DNA from: Camelus dromedarius
Lineage: Eukaryota
DNA length: 64,000 bases
Direction of reading: 5' to 3'
NCBI RefSeq assembly: GCF_036321535.1
Contig: NC_087472.1
Span: forward strand, 100,814,001 to 100,878,000
Position numbers and translations under genes: made by a program. Below the pieces are notes generated by a model. The model saw only the letters and a program-made list of their open reading frames with translations, was not told where the DNA came from and searched no databases. Positions 60,036-64,000 of this stretch are shown piece after piece; within the stretch, counting starts at the first letter, position 1; each line of letters begins with the position of its first letter.

Positions 60036-60289
60036 GTTGCCCAAAAGGGGGTCAAATAAGGTGAATTGTTTATTCTTTAATTTATCCTTTAACCAATACC
60101 ATTGAAACCCTCTTTCTCTTCAATAAACATACACTTAATATGGTTTATATATTTAATTACAGAACAAAGCCAAACAAGAACTTTTGTTCATAACATCAAT
60201 TCAATATTTGGTGGGAAACACATGCAATTAAGGGCAGAAGATGCTGGAAAAAATCTAACATTTCACTTTTATTCAAACTACTTATAAAA

Positions 60290-61345
60290 ATAATGCAAAC
60301 TCATTACAGAAAATACAGAATACAAAGAGTATAAAAACTTTAAGAGTATAAAAGGTGTACAAAACGAAACAAACTCTGTAACCCTTGCTAATAACATTTC
60401 GGTATATTTTCTTCCAGTAAATTTTCCTCAAATTGCAAGAGCATATCGTATTTTGTGTTGTATGTTGCCTTTATTTCAATTGATATTGTATAAGGACCAT
60501 TTTGACCTGTCATTAAATAATTTTTAAAACCACCAATTTTAATGGATGGTTACTTAACCAGTCTATCAATGTACCTATTTCAACATCTACATCTTTATTT
60601 CCATAAAATAAATTCTGTAAATGATTTAACTTGGTCAAAGAGTATGAAAGATCAAGGCTCCTAATACTGCCAAACTGATATCCAAAAATAGATCATTCAC
60701 AGTTCCCTTCACCAGCATATGAGAACCCACTCTACAACCGTAGCCAACACTAAATACGATCGCTAAAAAAATCTTTAAACATCAATGAGATCAGAGGTTT
60801 TCTTCTATCAACTGGTAAGTGAAATAAGGTGTAACTAAGCTTAATATTGTTCTTACTAATTCATGAATGCGAATTTGTTGCCAAATTTTGTTACAAATAT
60901 TCTTCCCACCCAGATTGTTGTGGTCACTGAATTATTCACGGTGCTACTGTTATTGTTGTTGAATGTAACTCATTACATAGTCAAGTTTATTGACACATGC
61001 CTTTGTTATTACCTGTATGACTCCTGTGATCAAAGCCCTTACTTAGCTTGAGTTATGATTAATATTCATCCACACATCTATCTCAATATTTTAATGATTT
61101 AATTTTATTCTTTAAGTCTTTATCTACTTGTAATTTATTTTAATATGTGATATGGTAAGGGAATCTAAATTTAAAATAACTTCTAAATACTGAACCAATT
61201 TTCCCGATACCTTTCACCATGGATTTCTAGTTTTGTGGCATCTTAGCATTCTTACATAGATACTCTACATTTTCCATCAGAGCCTTCTAATCTAGTCTAT
61301 ACTATTGATCTGTTGATTCTTATGCCAGAACCAGTTTAAATTACT
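60290..61345 (-). mobile_element. Old L1 (L1ME-like) fragments
   Basis: ttggtcaaagagtatg, tactgccaaactg, taatatgtgatatggtaagggaatctaa, ttatgccagaaccagtttaaattactg. Confidence 0.55.
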
Positions 61346-62744
61346 GTCACTTTAAACTGTTTTAAATTAATGAGGGGTTATATAGCCTGATTCTTCTTAT
61401 ACCATTTTGTTAAATAAATTTATTATTGAGAATAGGTTTTGGCTGTTATATTTAATTTGTAATTATATACACATGAGCTATTATATTTAGCCTATATTTC
61501 TTTACATATTTCCTACCATGGTTTGCACACACTTGAGGGCTCGATTTGCATTAAGTTTTTGCTCAGCCAGTGTACATCTTTGAATGGCTTTCTGAGAAAG
61601 TATCCTATTTTCCAGGTCTTTACATATCTGAAAGCCCTCACACATCAATGGCACAGAATTCTTGGGAAGACAACCTTATGTTCTCCACCATCTTCAGGGT
61701 TGCTGTGAGGTTGTGTGTCCTGTAAAGAAAGCCCTGTTCACATCATAGATATCGCAGGTTTGTATGTTTATTAAAGCAACTTTCCAGTAGATAAGAGTAA
61801 AGTGTTTTGTTATAACAAAATCCATATACTAAGATACTTATCCAGGAAGAAAATGAAAGGCTCCAAATAGGCTAGCAGTGCCCTGATGGTCTTCAGGTAT
61901 TTATTTGTGTTATAGAAAAGAACTCTGAGTTCAATTTGGGTTTTGTTCCAATGTAAATAACCTTCTCTTCTGCCCAGATGCTGACAGAACTTTTCCTTTT
62001 CCTTGGAATGGAAATTTTTAATTATCAGAATGTATCTAGAAGTATGTAGGTGTGTATGTGCATATTTTGAACTAATATTACCTGGAAATCAAAGAACTTA
62101 GAAAATTTTTCTTCTACCAACCTCAAATGTTGTTTCCACTCCTATTTTTCTAATAGTTTCCACTAGAAACCTTATAACTTTTAGGTTGAATTTTTCATAA
62201 TTGCTTTATGTGTTTTGTTCACTACTGCATTGTAAGTGCAGGCAGATAGTAGGTGTTCAAGAAATATTTAATAAATGACTATTTCAGAGTGAACTAATAA
62301 AAACTGTGACATCAACTTTGTTCTTTTACTGCCATCATTTTAGGTTTCTTTATCTTGGTCAATTTCTACAATTTTTGCCTTGTTTTATAGCTTCTTATCA
62401 CAATAGAGGTCATATCCTCCTGGCTGTCCTTCAGGAGACAACTTCACCTGCTTGTTACAAAAAAAAAAATCACTTTTAGAACTATGTGTTGTTTTTAAAT
62501 CTTTAGCACAGTGTTTTCTTTATCTACCCATGTCTTTTCATAAGCCACACCCCTCACCCCCATTTTAAACACATCCTTACTAAGATAGGAAGAGATCCAC
62601 CAGGCCTGGAGTCTGGCAGCAAAAAAGGTAGTTGGGTCTTTTTTAGCAACCTGAATTTCAAGGCAGACTGATGCACCCAACCCCAATTTCAAAACCTGGA
62701 TTCCTAGCAAATATTCTTCTCATTGGGTTGGACAGTCTGAGGCT

Positions 62745-62776
62745 GGGCCACCTGAGCGAGGGCCACCTGAGCGAGG
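62745..62776 (+). repeat. Perfect 15-bp tandem duplication (gggccacctgagcga x2)
   Basis: 62745-62759 identical to 62760-62774. Confidence 0.9.
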
Positions 62777-64000
62777 TTCTCTAAGTTGTTTGCCGAGCAC
62801 ATACTTCCTAGCACATCCTGCTCCCACTAATCTATGTTCACCACACCTTTTCATGGGGTCTGTGAATCCTAGGATGCAACATGCTGTTTCCAATCCGTCT
62901 TTACTCCTTGCCTTACTGTATTTGGGGCATTGTGTCTCTCTGAAAAGATCTGGCAATACAGGTGCTGACATGGGCTACTGGGGACAGAGAGCTCCAGCTC
63001 CTGAAGGGTCAGATATAGTTACCACCCTGAGGTGGCCACCTGTTTCCAGCCCCTGTGGGCATGAGTCCAGGTCTTTTCCCACTCTCTTCGTACAGTTTGC
63101 CCTATTCTGGCTCAGGAAATAGAATAAATAGCATGATGTTCAAGGCTGTATTTTTCAATCCATCTCCCAGGACCCTGCCAATGATCTTCAATGTTTGGTT
63201 TCTCAATTAACAGCACTTTCATGAGTTTTTGTTTTTAATATCTTCATTTCATCACCCTGAGATGCTACACATAATATGTGTAGACAAAGAAGAAAAAATA
63301 TGAGAAATAACCCTGAAGAACTGTGCTTTAAATTCAGTTTATTCAAAAAGCATGCCATTGCCCCCACAACGTCTGCAAGAGAATGTCACCAGCTGTAGTT
63401 AGCACGATCAGTGTAATGTGCTACTTGTTTCAACGTCTGCCTTTGTTTAAACAATGACTTAGTTAAGAGCTCACATTTTAAAAAACAAACTAAGGATGTG
63501 ATAAAATATATAAGCAAACATTAATGATAAATCCATGTCTCACTCTTAATTTTGCCTCAAAATTGGAATTATATCACTTTGGAATGCAGAAAAGATAGAG
63601 ATTCCTGAATTGTACTGCTATCTTCATGAATGAACAAGCTATACTAAGGCATTTAACATCTCCCAGAATAAATTTCCTCAGCTGAAAAAAAAAAAATTCG
63701 AGAATGAGAAATAAATTCTGTAAGTAGTAACAAACAGAAAAATATCTCTAGGGCCTGTATTTCTTCTACTTTTCTCAAAATCTTCACCCCATAAAAATCA
63801 TGCCTCAATCAGTGAACAACCACACTGGACACAGAGACTTATAACTAAAACTCGCTCCTGCTACTGACTGTCTAAAGTTTCTGAGTCATTGGTTTATTTC
63901 CAGAATCAATTGTTCCTTCTTAAGATGCTGGCAAAGCAAGTGATTAGTATTAACAATCATAAAATTTACTAAGTTATTCAAAATGCAGTTACATAACCTG

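Overview
Mammalian genomic DNA carrying the middle of the CDKL5 gene (cyclin-dependent kinase-like 5; X-linked in eutherians) on the minus strand. Fifteen coding exons can be read with GT-AG boundaries: conventional exons 4-16, the 123-nt alternative exon 16b and exon 17 (legacy numbering). The 14 core exons sum to 2397 nt (799 codons) in a continuous frame, or 2520 nt with 16b. They cover most of the kinase domain (VAIK, HRD, DFG, TEY) and the long C-terminal tail. The start codon and the last exons lie outside the window. The introns hold old L1, L2, MIR, MaLR/ERVL LTR and hAT/Tigger remnants, plus two young tRNA-Ala-derived SINEs resembling camelid vic-1, which suggests a camel/alpaca/llama genome. 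Repeat boundaries and subfamily names are by eye and approximate. I see no convincing new multi-gene system. The best leads are a 39-bp intronic hairpin whose three mismatches are all G-U pairs on the transcribed strand, a cryptic-exon/RBFOX/QKI motif cluster between exons 16b and 17, and several alternative-splicing features.
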